DNA of 62,995 nt, counting the filler, from Octopus bimaculoides (lineage: Eukaryota): assembly GCF_001194135.2 (NCBI RefSeq). It is 10 parts of 10 records of this genome, joined end to end, with 100 filler letters (N's around TTAATTAATTAA, not from the genome) between each part and the next. Parts side by side here need not be neighbours in the genome. Positions count along the whole stretch, not along the records: positions 24,165 to 43,026 come from NC_069000.1; 9 more parts are not named here. One strand, written 5' to 3'. The translations under genes and the position numbers were made by a program. Position 1 is the first letter of the stretch; the number at the start of each line of letters is the position of its first letter. The notes beneath the pieces are model-generated. The model was not told the DNA's origin. It saw only the letters and a program-made list of their open reading frames with translations, and ran no database searches. This document shows positions 25,371 through 38,336 of this stretch, piece by piece.

Positions 25371-26009
25371 GTCGAGTTTACATATGTTTGTATATTACGT
25401 ATGAACTGTATATCATAAATGTGTCATCCATCCATCCATCCATCCATCCATCCATCCATCCAAATGACATTTTGTATTCACGTTTTTTACTTTCCACACT
25501 TTGTAAATTACAAAACCTTCCCTCCCAATATTTTTGGGATATAGAACTAACTACTCTGTATAATGGAAAGTGGGATAACTTTTTAGCTCTGGATTGAGAC
25601 TCTTCAAGAAATCAGGGCAAAAATGATAAAATCTAAAGAAAAATGGAAACAAAGATAAACGAATTAATTTTGTTCAAATAGGCAGAAGTAAGCAGTAAGA
25701 AGCGAAATAATATAATTCTTGTTTTTTAGCGAGTAAATGACAGTAGAAATTGACGTGACAACGTGGTGATGGGGAATGAAATGTATGTAAAATAGTTTTA
25801 TGTATGTTAAACAGACATTATTCCTTTTGCAAAATAGTTATGTATGTCTGTGTGTCGAGAGCGTGTGAGATGAATTTGTATTGAAGTATGACTCATGCAT
25901 ATTCATATATGTGTATGCGTGCAGGAGGTGGAGGAGTTATATGCTCGAGTATGTTCGCGTGTGTATGACGAGTTAGGCAATCTTTTAATGGACGGTATAT
26001 GCAGGAGGT

Positions 26010-26258
26010 TGGAGGCGCGTGGCTTAGTGGTTCGGGTGTCAGCATCATGATCGTAGGAGTGTGGTTTCGATTCCTGGACCGGGCGACGCGTTGTGCTCTT
26101 GAGCAAAACACTTCATTTCACGTTGCTCCAGTCCACTCAGCTGGCAAAAATGAGTAACGCTGCGATGGACTGGCGTCCCGTCCAGCTGGGGAACGCATAC
26201 GCCATTGAAACTGGGAAACCGGGCCCATGAGCCTGGCTAGGCTTTATAAGGGCGCATT
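26010..26258 (+). mobile_element. Full-length CORE-type SINE family B
   Basis: ggaggcgcgtggcttagtggtt...ggtttcgattcc tRNA head, CORE-like block and 3' tail. Confidence 0.85.
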
Positions 26259-26408
26259 TATTATTATTTTTTTATATGTAAGAGGTTAACGGTATGGATG
26301 TTAGTATAAATTAGTATAAATATTACAATATTCACAACAAAACCGAGAAACAGGTGAAACAAGGAGTAATATGTTGCAAATTGAAGTAGCACACCAAAAT
26401 ATCCCCAA

Positions 26409-26454
26409 GACACCTGCTGAAGGCTGGAGGGTATATCAGCCGAAACGTTGTGTT
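26409..26454 (+). ncRNA. Minimal type-I hammerhead-ribozyme-like motif (second family)
   Basis: GACAC-CTGCTGA-A-GGCTG(gagggtatat)CAGCC-GAAAC-GTT-GTGTT: stem I GACAC/GTGTT, 5-bp stem II and palindromic stem III. One core deviation, A6C. Confidence 0.72.
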
Positions 26455-26999
26455 AACAACAAGTAAGATCAGGACAAATATGCGTCAATTGTAAATAATG
26501 TAAATAACGTACATCACTGAAATCTTGAAAATATGAAATAGTGCATGATGAATTCAAAACAGAGTTATCCAAATGCTAATTAATTAACCACATAATCTCT
26601 CCGGATAAAACAGTCAACGAAACTCTTATCAGATTTATTGTTAGTCTTTACGTAAATTCCTTCTTAATACTATAACGTTATATTGACATACTTAAGACAA
26701 ACTTCTACAATCAGGAATGAATACTAACGGAAAAATTTTTGCTTTTATGAATATTACAACAGACAATAATGGATTCTATAAAAAAGAATATTTGTTTTGA
26801 AAAAAAACAGTAGGCAGAAATTAGAGAATTAGGAAAACAGTTCATTGTTGTATGTTTTAGAAACGTCTGAAACAGAAGTCTGAGAGGACAATTATTATAA
26901 CAAGGCAAGCGAAACGTCTAGGAAGGATGTCAACAACAGTTGATCAAACACAGACAGCTTGTCTCTGTTTAATATGTATTTGTTTTCACACGCATACAT

Positions 27000-27037
<38 letters not shown>

Positions 27038-28549
27038 NNNNNNNNNNNNNNNNNNNNNNNNNNNNNNNNNNNNNNNNNNNNNNNNNNNNNNNNNNNNNNN
27101 NNNNNNNNNNNNNNNNNNNNNNNNNNNNNNNNNNNNNNNNNNNNNNNNNNNNNNNNNNNNNNNNNNNNNNNNNNNNNNNNNNNNNNNNNNNNNNNNNNNN
27201 NNNNNNNNNNNNNNNNNNNNNNNNNNNNNNNNNNNNNNNNNNNNNNNNNNNNNNNNNNNNNNNNNNNNNNNNNNNNNNNNNNNNNNNNNNNNNNNNNNNN
27301 NNNNNNNNNNNNNNNNNNNNNNNNNNNNNNNNNNNNNNNNNNNNNNNNNNNNNNNNNNNNNNNNNNNNNNNNNNNNNNNNNNNNNNNNNNNNNNNNNNNN
27401 NNNNNNNNNNNNNNNNNNNNNNNNNNNNNNNNNNNNNNNNNNNNNNNNNNNNNNNNNNNNNNNNNNNNNNNNNNNNNNNNNNNNNNNNNNNNNNNNNNNN
27501 NNNNNNNNNNNNNNNNNNNNNNNNNNNNNNNNNNNNNNNNNNNNNNNNNNNNNNNNNNNNNNNNNNNNNNNNNNNNNNNNNNNNNNNNNNNNNNNNNNNN
27601 NNNNNNNNNNNNNNNNNNNNNNNNNNNNNNNNNNNNNNNNNNNNNNNNNNNNNNNNNNNNNNNNNNNNNNNNNNNNNNNNNNNNNNNNNNNNNNNNNNNN
27701 NNNNNNNNNNNNNNNNNNNNNNNNNNNNNNNNNNNNNNNNNNNNNNNNNNNNNNNNNNNNNNNNNNNNNNNNNNNNNNNNNNNNNNNNGAATTAATGGAC
27801 TCCAGTTTAGAGGAGTACATTATTTAATCGACCCAGAAAGAGGAAAAAGCCAAGATTGACCTCGAAAGGTTCTGAAATAAAATTGTAAATATACGAAACA
27901 AGTGTTAAAAAAGTAATTATTTTAGAAAGTTCTAGCAATTCTGCCGCGTATAATAATAGGCGTTCTATTTTACTTGCTGGAAGGGCTTCCAACCCATGTG
28001 CTAAGGGGATGGTGGTTTCGAAAGGGCCAGCCACTCCCAACACACAAACACACATACACACACACACACACACACATCCTGCCTTTTATAGATATACAGA
28101 TATACGAACACGTGAAGCGAGGTTTATGAAGTGATCTGGAATAAATTATGAAAGCTGTAACCACACATAAATATTAGATATTGTTTTGCATGTCATATCT
28201 GATACGTTTTCTTTTTCACTTATAAACTCCATAGTGGAAATATTACTGTCAGTCTATCCGGGATTTTCAGATGCATAATCATGCTAAATTATATCATAAT
28301 TAACTAATGTGTGATCTGAAAACTATTTTCTCAACTAGAGCGTTTTGTGTCCTACTTGATTCGTCTAATCTAATTTTATATATAAATATATAAATTGATT
28401 CATATATGTATATATGTATATCTATCTATCTATCTGTCTGTCTGTCTCTCTGTCTGTCTGTCTGTGTATCAATCTATCAATCTATCTACCTAAATATCTA
28501 TTTATCTATCCGTCTATCTTCCTATCTCTCTTTCTTTGTGTGTGCGCGC

Positions 28550-28601
<52 letters not shown>

Positions 28602-31600
28602 CCGTGTGTATGAGCGTGCGTGTGCAAGTGTTGTCACTTTGGAACCAATATTTCTTGCGAACGATAAAAATAAATTATATGAATAAAAAGAAAGAATAGA
28701 AAATGATTTAACACAAAAATATAAACAAAAAAATGCAATCAATTCTTTTCTCAGCCATCATAGAACAGCTATTGTTCCTGGGTTGTCGTTAAATTCTTCA
28801 GCTTCTCCAACCAAATCTAGCGTGTCATTTCTCCCTGCAGCCAGATTCTGTCACTATCAGAAACTCAGAGAAACTTCCAGGAATTCTTCGGTAAAACAGA
28901 AAAACATAAAGAGGGAAAAATGGAATAAAAATTTGTAAAATGAATTCCTAATCTAGCCTCGTTTTCAATTTCTTCAGCGTCTTTGTGTTAAAGACAACTA
29001 AATGAATTTAATTACCAGCCTTGTTGTAGCCTCTTCCCTTACAACCTGAAGCTGTTTCCGCTTACATATACGTACGTAATTCCATACTTATGTATACATA
29101 TACAAACGTTCTCATATACACAAACGTCTAATAATGAATAAATACTTTCCCTTTAGAATCAGTACCGGCTGGCAAAGCTCTTTTATCGAAATGAAATTCT
29201 CAATATAGCATCTCAATAGACTCAACATTCCCCGATTCATTTTATTTCCAATCTGAATTTTCTAATTTTATTTTAAGATTCCTTTTTTACTGCGATGATT
29301 ATTTTGTTGTTATTGTTGTTGTTTCTTTCTGTCTCTCTTTTTTTTATTTCTCTGTATTATATATACCTCCACATGAACAATTATTGAATGATGGACTCGT
29401 CCACATACAGCAATACACGTATATATGTAACAACGCGCATACAAATACTTTCTGGCGCAAACACATACACAATTATCGCTCTCTCATACATACAGACACA
29501 CACATACAAACTCTTATTTACACACAGAAATATCTACTGACATAAATATCTTTATTTTATTGCTATTACACATTCTTTCTTTATGTCTAACTTAAAAAGT
29601 TAGCGTCAAGTTTTAAACAAAGTTTGTTTATCGATATTGTTAATTGATTTTGGGGGCAGTATGTTTTTCGTTTTACACCGAACATTTTTTTATTTCACCA
29701 AGTAGTTGAAGAGAACGTATACAAAAGAACACCAGAATAGAATGCATTGCAATCTTTAGTTTCAAACTTCTCCACTAATGATGGATTTGGTATTTTATAC
29801 TTCAAGAGGCCATTAACGAAAATAACCGTAATGTAGTAGGCTAGATTCAGACGATTGTTAACTTTTCAGTCTGAGGAAAGGGCCATTAAAGATTAGAGGG
29901 TTTAAGGTGCCTTAAGTTCATTAAGTAGTTTCGATTCCGAACGGAAATTATTTCATTTCTTTCTTTGTACTAATTCCTCTTACTAACTGTATGAACTGCA
30001 AATATGTCAGGCCACTTACTCCCTATGGAATGTCATCAATGTTTCATTGGTTCATGTCAATTAGATATCTTTGTAGAACCTTGTGGAACGCAGCAGATGA
30101 GAGAAAAATATATTTCTCGATAAATGTGTCACTCTCACTGCAGATTTGAACAGCGTAAAGCGTAACGTATCGGACCGGACCGAAACACTTGACACAAAGC
30201 CAGCCAGTTCGGTAAGGGGTTAAGTCGATTAATTCGAACTCTGTGCTCAGCTAGTACTTATTTTACCAACTCGAAAAGAAAAAAAGACTAAGTCGACCTC
30301 GGTGGAATTTGAATTCAAAATGTGAACAAGGATGAAGACCACTAAAATGGATGAAGACCACTAAGATGGATGAAAACTGCTTGCTAGTAATTCTGTCTGC
30401 ACGCCACCTTCTTATATAACTAAATAACGTAGGTGATTTAATCCAGCATAGATTTAATGCTACATTACAAACTTAAACATGTGAAGGTTTCGCGGGTTTT
30501 ACGTCAATAGGGTCTTACATCTTAGAAAAAAAACAGCAATTTTGTGGAGAAGGGTAAAATTGATACCATTGAGCTAAGTATAAGACCGGCAACCCTTAAG
30601 TGACGAAAGAGAAAGTTATTGTGTGCAAGATTTGTACTCAGAACTAATAAGCCGGATGAAAGAACACGAAGCATTTTTGTTCGAAAGTCTAAAGATTCTG
30701 TCAGTCCACCAAAATGGTTTCAAATTTTGATACAAGGCTAGTAATTACATCGTCCTAGTGCTTATTTTATCAACCTCGAAAAGATGAAAGGCAAGATCGA
30801 ACTCGGCGTAATTAGAAGTCGGAAGGTAAAGACGGACGAAATGCCGCTAATCATTTTGTTCGACGCGCTAATGATTGTGCCAGCTTGCCACCCTATACAC
30901 TTGTAATATTGATTTCAAATGTTGGCAGCAGTTTTGGAGGATAGAGTAAGTCGATTAATCGAACCCAGACTTCAACTAGTACTTATTTTATAAAACTGGA
31001 GAGGATGAAAGGCAAAGTCGACCTCGATTGTATTTGAACTCAGAACGTACACACGAACGAAATGCTGCAAATCATTAAACCCAGGTGACATGTTGTGTTC
31101 TTGAGCAAAATACTTACTTTTACGTAACCCCAATCCACTCAACTAGTAGTAATGAGTAAATCTGCGATGGCTCGTAGTTCGGTCTAGGTGGGGAATACGT
31201 ACGCCATGAAATCGGGAAACCGGCCATTTATGTATTGGTATGACTCGAGAAGGTAACTTTATCTTACCTTTATCACGTACAAGTGCCCGATCAAAATATC
31301 CCCCCGAACGTGGCTCGCCAGGGTTACACACTTATAACCGAGTGGACTGGAGGACACGTAAAATAAAGTGTTTTCGCTCAAGAAAACAACGCCCGCCCGA
31401 AAGCATTGTGCTGCGACTGAGTGCAACGCCATGACCAGTAGGCCACGCAACTTGACTTCCCAGATATACCAAGTAAAAAAAAAAAAGTAAGTAAAAGAAC
31501 TAAAAGACAAAGAAACAAAACCGGAAACATAAGATTCGGGCGGCAAAACTTAGAATGACGGGAGAAACACCACAAGGTATACTGTATGGTGATTCAACAA

Positions 31601-32294
31601 TTCTAATACCGATTCTGCAAATACACCAAAACTGAGACATAATGCTGAGCGTTGGGTTTCACACTTACCTGACTTGTTTTACGAAATTCCAGTAATACGA
31701 TCTTTTCTTGAAGGGGGATTAGAATGAATAAATTTAATTCATTGACACTACATATTTGATTGCTTTTTAAGATATATAGTTGAATGACTGTTTTATTGCT
31801 GGCTGCTTCTAATGTTTGATGTATCGTGTAGCAAAGTGGAAATGGTATGATGAAGAGAAATTCTATATATTACTGTATTTACCTATAATCTATAAAAATA
31901 TTTTTTCTCTCTTTTTTCTTGGCTGAGAAAAGAGGATCTTTTATCACTTAACGAGTTAAAAGGCTTAACCACGAATCGACAGTAAATGAAATATATAATT
32001 TGTATTTAAACTTTGGGCATGTTTATTCATATAAGTGTTTCTCGTGCATATGGTTGTTATTATTCATATATCCATAAGGCATCATATTTTTTTTATTTTT
32101 TTTTATGTAAGCTGAGATTATGAAAAAAATTTGCTCGCGTTATTTGAAGATATATGTGTGTATGGGAGTGTGTCTGCGTACGCAAGTGTATGCATGTATA
32201 TACGTATGAGTGCGTGTAAAGATATACGTGTACGTGTATATAAACATATGTAAATATATATACATATATAAATATGATGATATATATATATATT

Positions 32295-32382
<88 letters not shown>

Positions 32383-33265
32383 CATATATACATATATATA
32401 CATACGTATAAAGATACGTACATAGAACTTTTCCTTTTTATTACTCATAAGAGGAGCAAAACTACGACCTATGCAAAATTTATGACTCTATCTTTATAAT
32501 CACTCAGTAAGTAATATTTTTTTAATCTAATGCGACAGATATATTAAATGATTTTATTTTCTCTTACATCAAGCATTGAAGAAATATTATAAATTATTTT
32601 TGCATACAGATTTGCTAAGAGTAAACTATAAAAACCTTCATAGAATCTTAAGTTGCGTAATATCATTCCTATCCCGCACGCAAAATATTTAAAAATAAAA
32701 ATATGGTGAGATTTTCAGCCGTACTATTACATATGTGCGTGCACGTATCTGAGTGTGTTTGTCTGTATGTCTGTACGTTTGAGTGCGTGTGTCTATAAAA
32801 GAGTGGTATTTTAAGAAGTGTGCATTCAAACACACAGAGAGGCTGTAGATAGTATTTGAGTACACTAGATTATCACTATATTAGTCTCTTCAAACCAGTA
32901 AAGAGGCCTAGTGGTTAGTGTGTTGCACTCATCGTGAACCGTGGTTTTCACTCTCGGACCGAGTATTATTGCATTCCTGTGAAAATCCCTTTATTTTACG
33001 TTGCTCCGTTCTCACTTCGACATCTGACATGTCGCACTCGGTACAATGTCTAATCGACAGAAGGAGGGAGTTTATGTAGAGAACAAATATTTGATTACTA
33101 TAAACAAATAACTTCTCTGTTGGTTGTTACACAAGAAATTCCGGATCTTTCGTCAGTCGTCTACGACGGGAGAGTCCACGAGGAAAAGCGAAAATTTCAT
33201 CAAACCAATTTAGAAGGTTTTTTTGTTTTTCTCTCATTTCATTCTCATCTCCCATGAAAGATTAA

Positions 33266-33520
33266 ATGCTAACACAAGAAATGAAAAGACATACACTCGT
33301 ATCCATATGTGCGGAACAGGTTGATTCAGACATTGCCAACATTCTAAACGTTCCAAAAGATTCTGTACACAAAATTCTGATGGAATTTGAAGGCTCTAGC
33401 TTGAATGCTTCAACAATATCACACAGAAAAAGAGATTCGTAGGACATTATTAGGACACCAAAATTTATCCAGCATATTCAAATCATTATCGGTGAGTATT
33501 CTGGAAAAGCAATGAGGGGA
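33266..33520 (+). mobile_element. Tc1-like transposase N-terminal remnant
   Basis: MLTQEMKRHTLVSICAEQVDSDIANILNVPKDSVHKIL...RKRDS*DIIRTPKFIQHIQIIIGEYSGKAMR resembles the paired-like HTH region of Tc1/mariner transposases. Confidence 0.65.
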
Positions 33521-35200
33521 ATCATAGATACATACATACATTCATACATACATACATACATATATCTACTACAAGTTCTGATTTATACCTGTAATTATTG
33601 GAGCGCTGGAATATGTAACACACTGCCTAAGTACCAATCTTGAGAAACCAGAAAAGAGAAAGCTGATTCGAACACTATAGATCTAAGCTATCACTGCAAT
33701 TATAAAAATCTGTAAATCTTTCGAGAAGTTTATCATTGAAGTATATAATCGAATGTCCACACATGGAAATATATGCATGATAATACATACATACAAAAAA
33801 CACAGTTCTATACATGCATTGACTCCAAATACTGCACATATGCACAAATATGCAAAAATACTCTCGATGTTGTTAAAATTCCAATGAGAGGGTTTTGGTT
33901 TTGGTTAGAAACTGTCTCTTTCTCTATTGGCAATAAATTTTGAAATAGAATTGAATAATGAAATACATGTACGGATACATGCATGCATGTGTGTATGTAT
34001 GCATACATAAATACATACATACGTACAGAAAGACAGACAGACATAGAGATAGACAGATAGTCAGACGGACAGGCGTACATCCATGCATACATACATGAGT
34101 GTATTTGTTCAAGATCAAAAGCATATGATAATGGATCTGTAGTCAGGATAATTGAATGCATAGTCTATAATTTATAGGAATATATATTAATCTGCTGAAC
34201 TTTGAGCGTTTTTCCTCTTCGTTCAGATATAATTGCGTGTGCATATGATTCCATATACAGCTACTATGTCAAAGCATCAAATCAGAATAGAGAATGCGTA
34301 TGCTATCGCACGCTCACATACAAATTAGCAAAAGTCCATTTATGTCAAGGATACAAGCAAAGAGAAAAATGTTAATGAAATCATAGAACGCGTAGCTATA
34401 TAGTCCCTCACATGCACACACAGTAGATTATTAGCTGTGTGTGTGAATATTGTGTGCATATGTGTATGTTACTATCTAAATGTAAACACAAATACAAACT
34501 ACTACAAGACATACAAGCGGAAGTTTGCAAATAAAATGAAGATAACTAATAAGTTGAATAAAATCTGTATCTGACGATATAATTCAAAGCAGCCATTATG
34601 AAGAATCTGTAGGGAGATATAATGATTATTGTGCTATTGTAAGACAGTCGGTCTGTATTGATTAAATTCTAAAGTTTATGATTTTATTCATATTACCATT
34701 ACTAGAATCAGCCGAGAAAGATTACGACCATTTGGATAGCGATTTGTCCATGTTATATTATTATATCAATAATTATTTTGGATTCCGATTTAACAGCTCT
34801 GCTGGGAAGCTTTTATAAAAATCCTATTGATCGAAGTGTCAATATGCCATCGTACAAGGCTTTCCTACATTGTTAACTGGTGTCAAATAGCGACAAAAGG
34901 CTTTTATTTAACCACGAGGCAAGAATCAATGGGTTTTGCTGAGAATGCTGTATCGTCATTTCTTAATGAACACAATTGAGAAATAATGCATTTGGTCAGG
35001 TTGACTTTGTACAACGGTCATTAGCGAACGAAGTAATTGTGTGCGACTTTAATAAAATACAACATACACTTCTCCGTATTTCTTTCTCGTCTTCTTTCTT
35101 CCTATGCAAAGGAATGCAACCTAATATCCTTTAATACCTTACTAGGTGTTGAGCTGGATAGAGTTCCGACAACAAGTCTTATTTTACATAGCTCCACTGG

Positions 35201-35256
<56 letters not shown>

Positions 35257-35276
35257 ACCTTTTCTCTCACTCTCTC

Positions 35277-35338
<62 letters not shown>

Positions 35339-35789
35339 TCTTCACACACACACGCACACAAACACACAGATCCTCACATACTGTCAAGCCCCAGGTAAGC
35401 TAATATCAGATTCTATGGAGTAGATGAAAAGTTGGCTACAACTAACATTTTCCTTGCAACTTTATATGTTACGAATATATTCCAAATGCTAAAATGACAG
35501 ACAAATTAGTATTCAGCATAAATGGAATACAGCTTTAGGCTATATTCTTCAATTTATCTTCCTCTGTCTCTTTCTCTTTCTGTCTCCTATTCTTTCTTAC
35601 TCTCAAATAAATACATACACACACACATAATACACACACACCCACACACACACACACACGCACACACACACACACATATATATATATATGTATATATAAA
35701 TGACACTGTGTATGTTGGTAAGTATATTTAATGTATATATGTATGCATATATCTATGTATATATATATGTGTATATGTATATGTATATA

Positions 35790-35853
<64 letters not shown>

Positions 35854-35894
35854 AATTCTCTAAATGATAGACAAGTTGCTCTAGTCGACTCAAT

Positions 35895-36090
35895 TGGCAA
35901 AAATGAGTTGTACCTGTATTTCAAAAGGCCAGCATCGTCACACTCTGTATTACACTGAATCTCCCTGAGAACTACGTTAAGGGAACATGTCTCTGTGGAG
36001 TGCTCAGCCACTTGCACGTTAATTTCGCGAGATAGCTGCTCCGTTGATCGTATCACTTGGAACCCTCGTCGTCGTAATCGACGGAGTGCT
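35895..36090 (+). mobile_element. SINE family A 3' half
   Basis: Matches 5360-5531 (gagaactacgttaaggg...gtcgtaatcgacggagtg). Confidence 0.8.
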
Positions 36091-36434
36091 CCTTTATATG
36101 CATATATATGTATATATATATATAATTAAATTAGGCAGCTGCTAGCAATGTATCACCAAAGATGGAAACTATAATTATTATTAAATATGACAGAGGGCAT
36201 TAGAGCGCCTACAATGCTAGAAATAATGCTCTGATGCTGCCGAAAGTGGAGGATATCACGACTGCCATTTTTCGGCCGATTAGGGTCGCTGACAGTATGT
36301 ATGCATACAATTATGTGCATTGACTTGCACATCAGAACACTTTAGCACTCATTTCTAGCTTTGTTGTTATTCTAAAACCCTGTATTATATGTTTGAGTGC
36401 AAGAGTACGTGTGTGCGTTTGTTGTGTGTGTGTA

Positions 36435-36499
<65 letters not shown>

Positions 36500-37336
36500 C
36501 ATATATACATATATCTATGTATGTGTGTATGTATGTATGCTGTCTTCTTATATTTCTTGAGAACATATCGGAAAGGAGAAAAGGAAGTTTATAATTTTCA
36601 TTTATTTTCAAAATGGATTTGTATCAAAGAAGAAATCGGTTGGAATTCTGATTAGATACATCCCTAAATAACTGATTCCCCGCGTCGAACCCAGATACAT
36701 ATACGCTAACCATGCCTATGAAATTATTGGAGTTGTTACGAAAATTAGTTATCAAGTATACGCAACAATGATTCGAACGGATCTGGCGCCATATTGTTAA
36801 ATAAACAATAGTTATTTCAGTAAATGGTTAAGACAATAACAATTGACGTTTGTTTATTAAGCCTGGCTTTTATTTCCAACTGATAAGTGAAATAAGGCAG
36901 GAATAATTATGCCTCATGAATAACAATATATACAAGAAATTTTGACTTCGAATAACTCACCAATAATGTTCAACATAGAATCATTACTTGGCTAGATATA
37001 ATAAGTGCTGTGTTTAGACATAAGTACAATGAGCAGTTGCGAAAAGCAACCACGGATCTCGGAGCCCAAAGCTGATCTCTAAAACCATGTATGTTGTGGC
37101 TTGCCGACAATAGAGAAATACTATAAGGCTCTGTTACTACGCTTTGCCTTTAGGCCTACAGCACTGCATAAAACCCTTTATTCCACAAACGAGCAAACGA
37201 ATTTCAATCTCAATAATCAGTATTTAATTGGCTTGATAAATAGTATATAACAGGTTCGTATTACTGTATACTGTAAGCAAATGTTGTTCTTCTCTCTTCT
37301 GTCTTCTCAACGTCTGATTACGTTCGATGCTAGGAA

Positions 37337-37640
37337 TCTTGCTAAGAGATCACAGCAGGAACGAGGAGATCAGGGATAAAACTGGAGTGAAGGACGTCAT
37401 CGCCGGTCGGTCATATTGCAAGGGTCATAGACAAACAGTGGGCCCGTATAGTTGTCGAGTGGTACCCGCGTGAGCAGGAGACATTTAGCCAGACTGGAGC
37501 CAGATTTAAGCAAAATGTTTGGAGCAACGTGGAGGAGAATGGCGAGAGCACAAGGGCAATGGAGCGAATGCTGTAGCCACAGGAGCCGAGTCGGCACCAG
37601 ACTGCCTGACCGATCCAGGTAATCCTGGTGAGTACTGTAT
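37337..37640 (+). mobile_element. RTE-clade LINE C-terminal remnant
   Basis: MLGILLRDHSRNEEIRDKTGVKDVI...GHIARVIDKQWARIVVEWYPR...FGATWRRMA matches RTE ORF C-termini. Confidence 0.8.
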
Positions 37641-37854
37641 GCACAAACATATATAGAAACACCTCCCGCACACAAAACACATACATAGCCATATACCACA
37701 CGAGCCTAATTATCGTGAAACCTGAAAACTATTCTAATTTATAGAGCATGTGGTTTTATTGGCTAAACTGGCAGCATGACCATCCCCAAATACAGCAATA
37801 TCCGTTTCAACACACGAATTCACATCAAGAATCTTGCAAAGCGAATATATAAAC

Positions 37855-37898
<44 letters not shown>

Positions 37899-38284
37899 NN
37901 NNNNNNNNATATATATATAATTAGATAAGTATGTCGTTCTTGAGCAAGACACTTTATTATATATTACTCCAGTTCACTCAGCTGTAGAAATGAGTTGTGA
38001 TGTCACTGGTGCCAAGCTGTATCAGCTTTTGCTTTTCTCTTGGATAACATCAGTTATCAGTGGCGCGGAGTGGGGAGGTTGGTACGCATGGGTGACTGTG
38101 CTTCGGAACAGAAATTTCTAGATGCAATCCCATGCCCAGTAATGACCGAATGGGGGTCTTTACCCTTTTACCCTTATATATATACATTGCTGTATTTCGG
38201 GACGGTTATTTTATTTTTTTGCCAATTATATGCACCATATATTTTTCTTCTCTCATTTATTACTGTTCTTATTTTATTATTTTA

Positions 38285-38336
<52 letters not shown>

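Noticed and set aside
28745-28900. Exon-like GC-richer patch with several AG acceptors
   Set aside because: Frames are short or unrecognisable; no support for linkage to the vWA gene.
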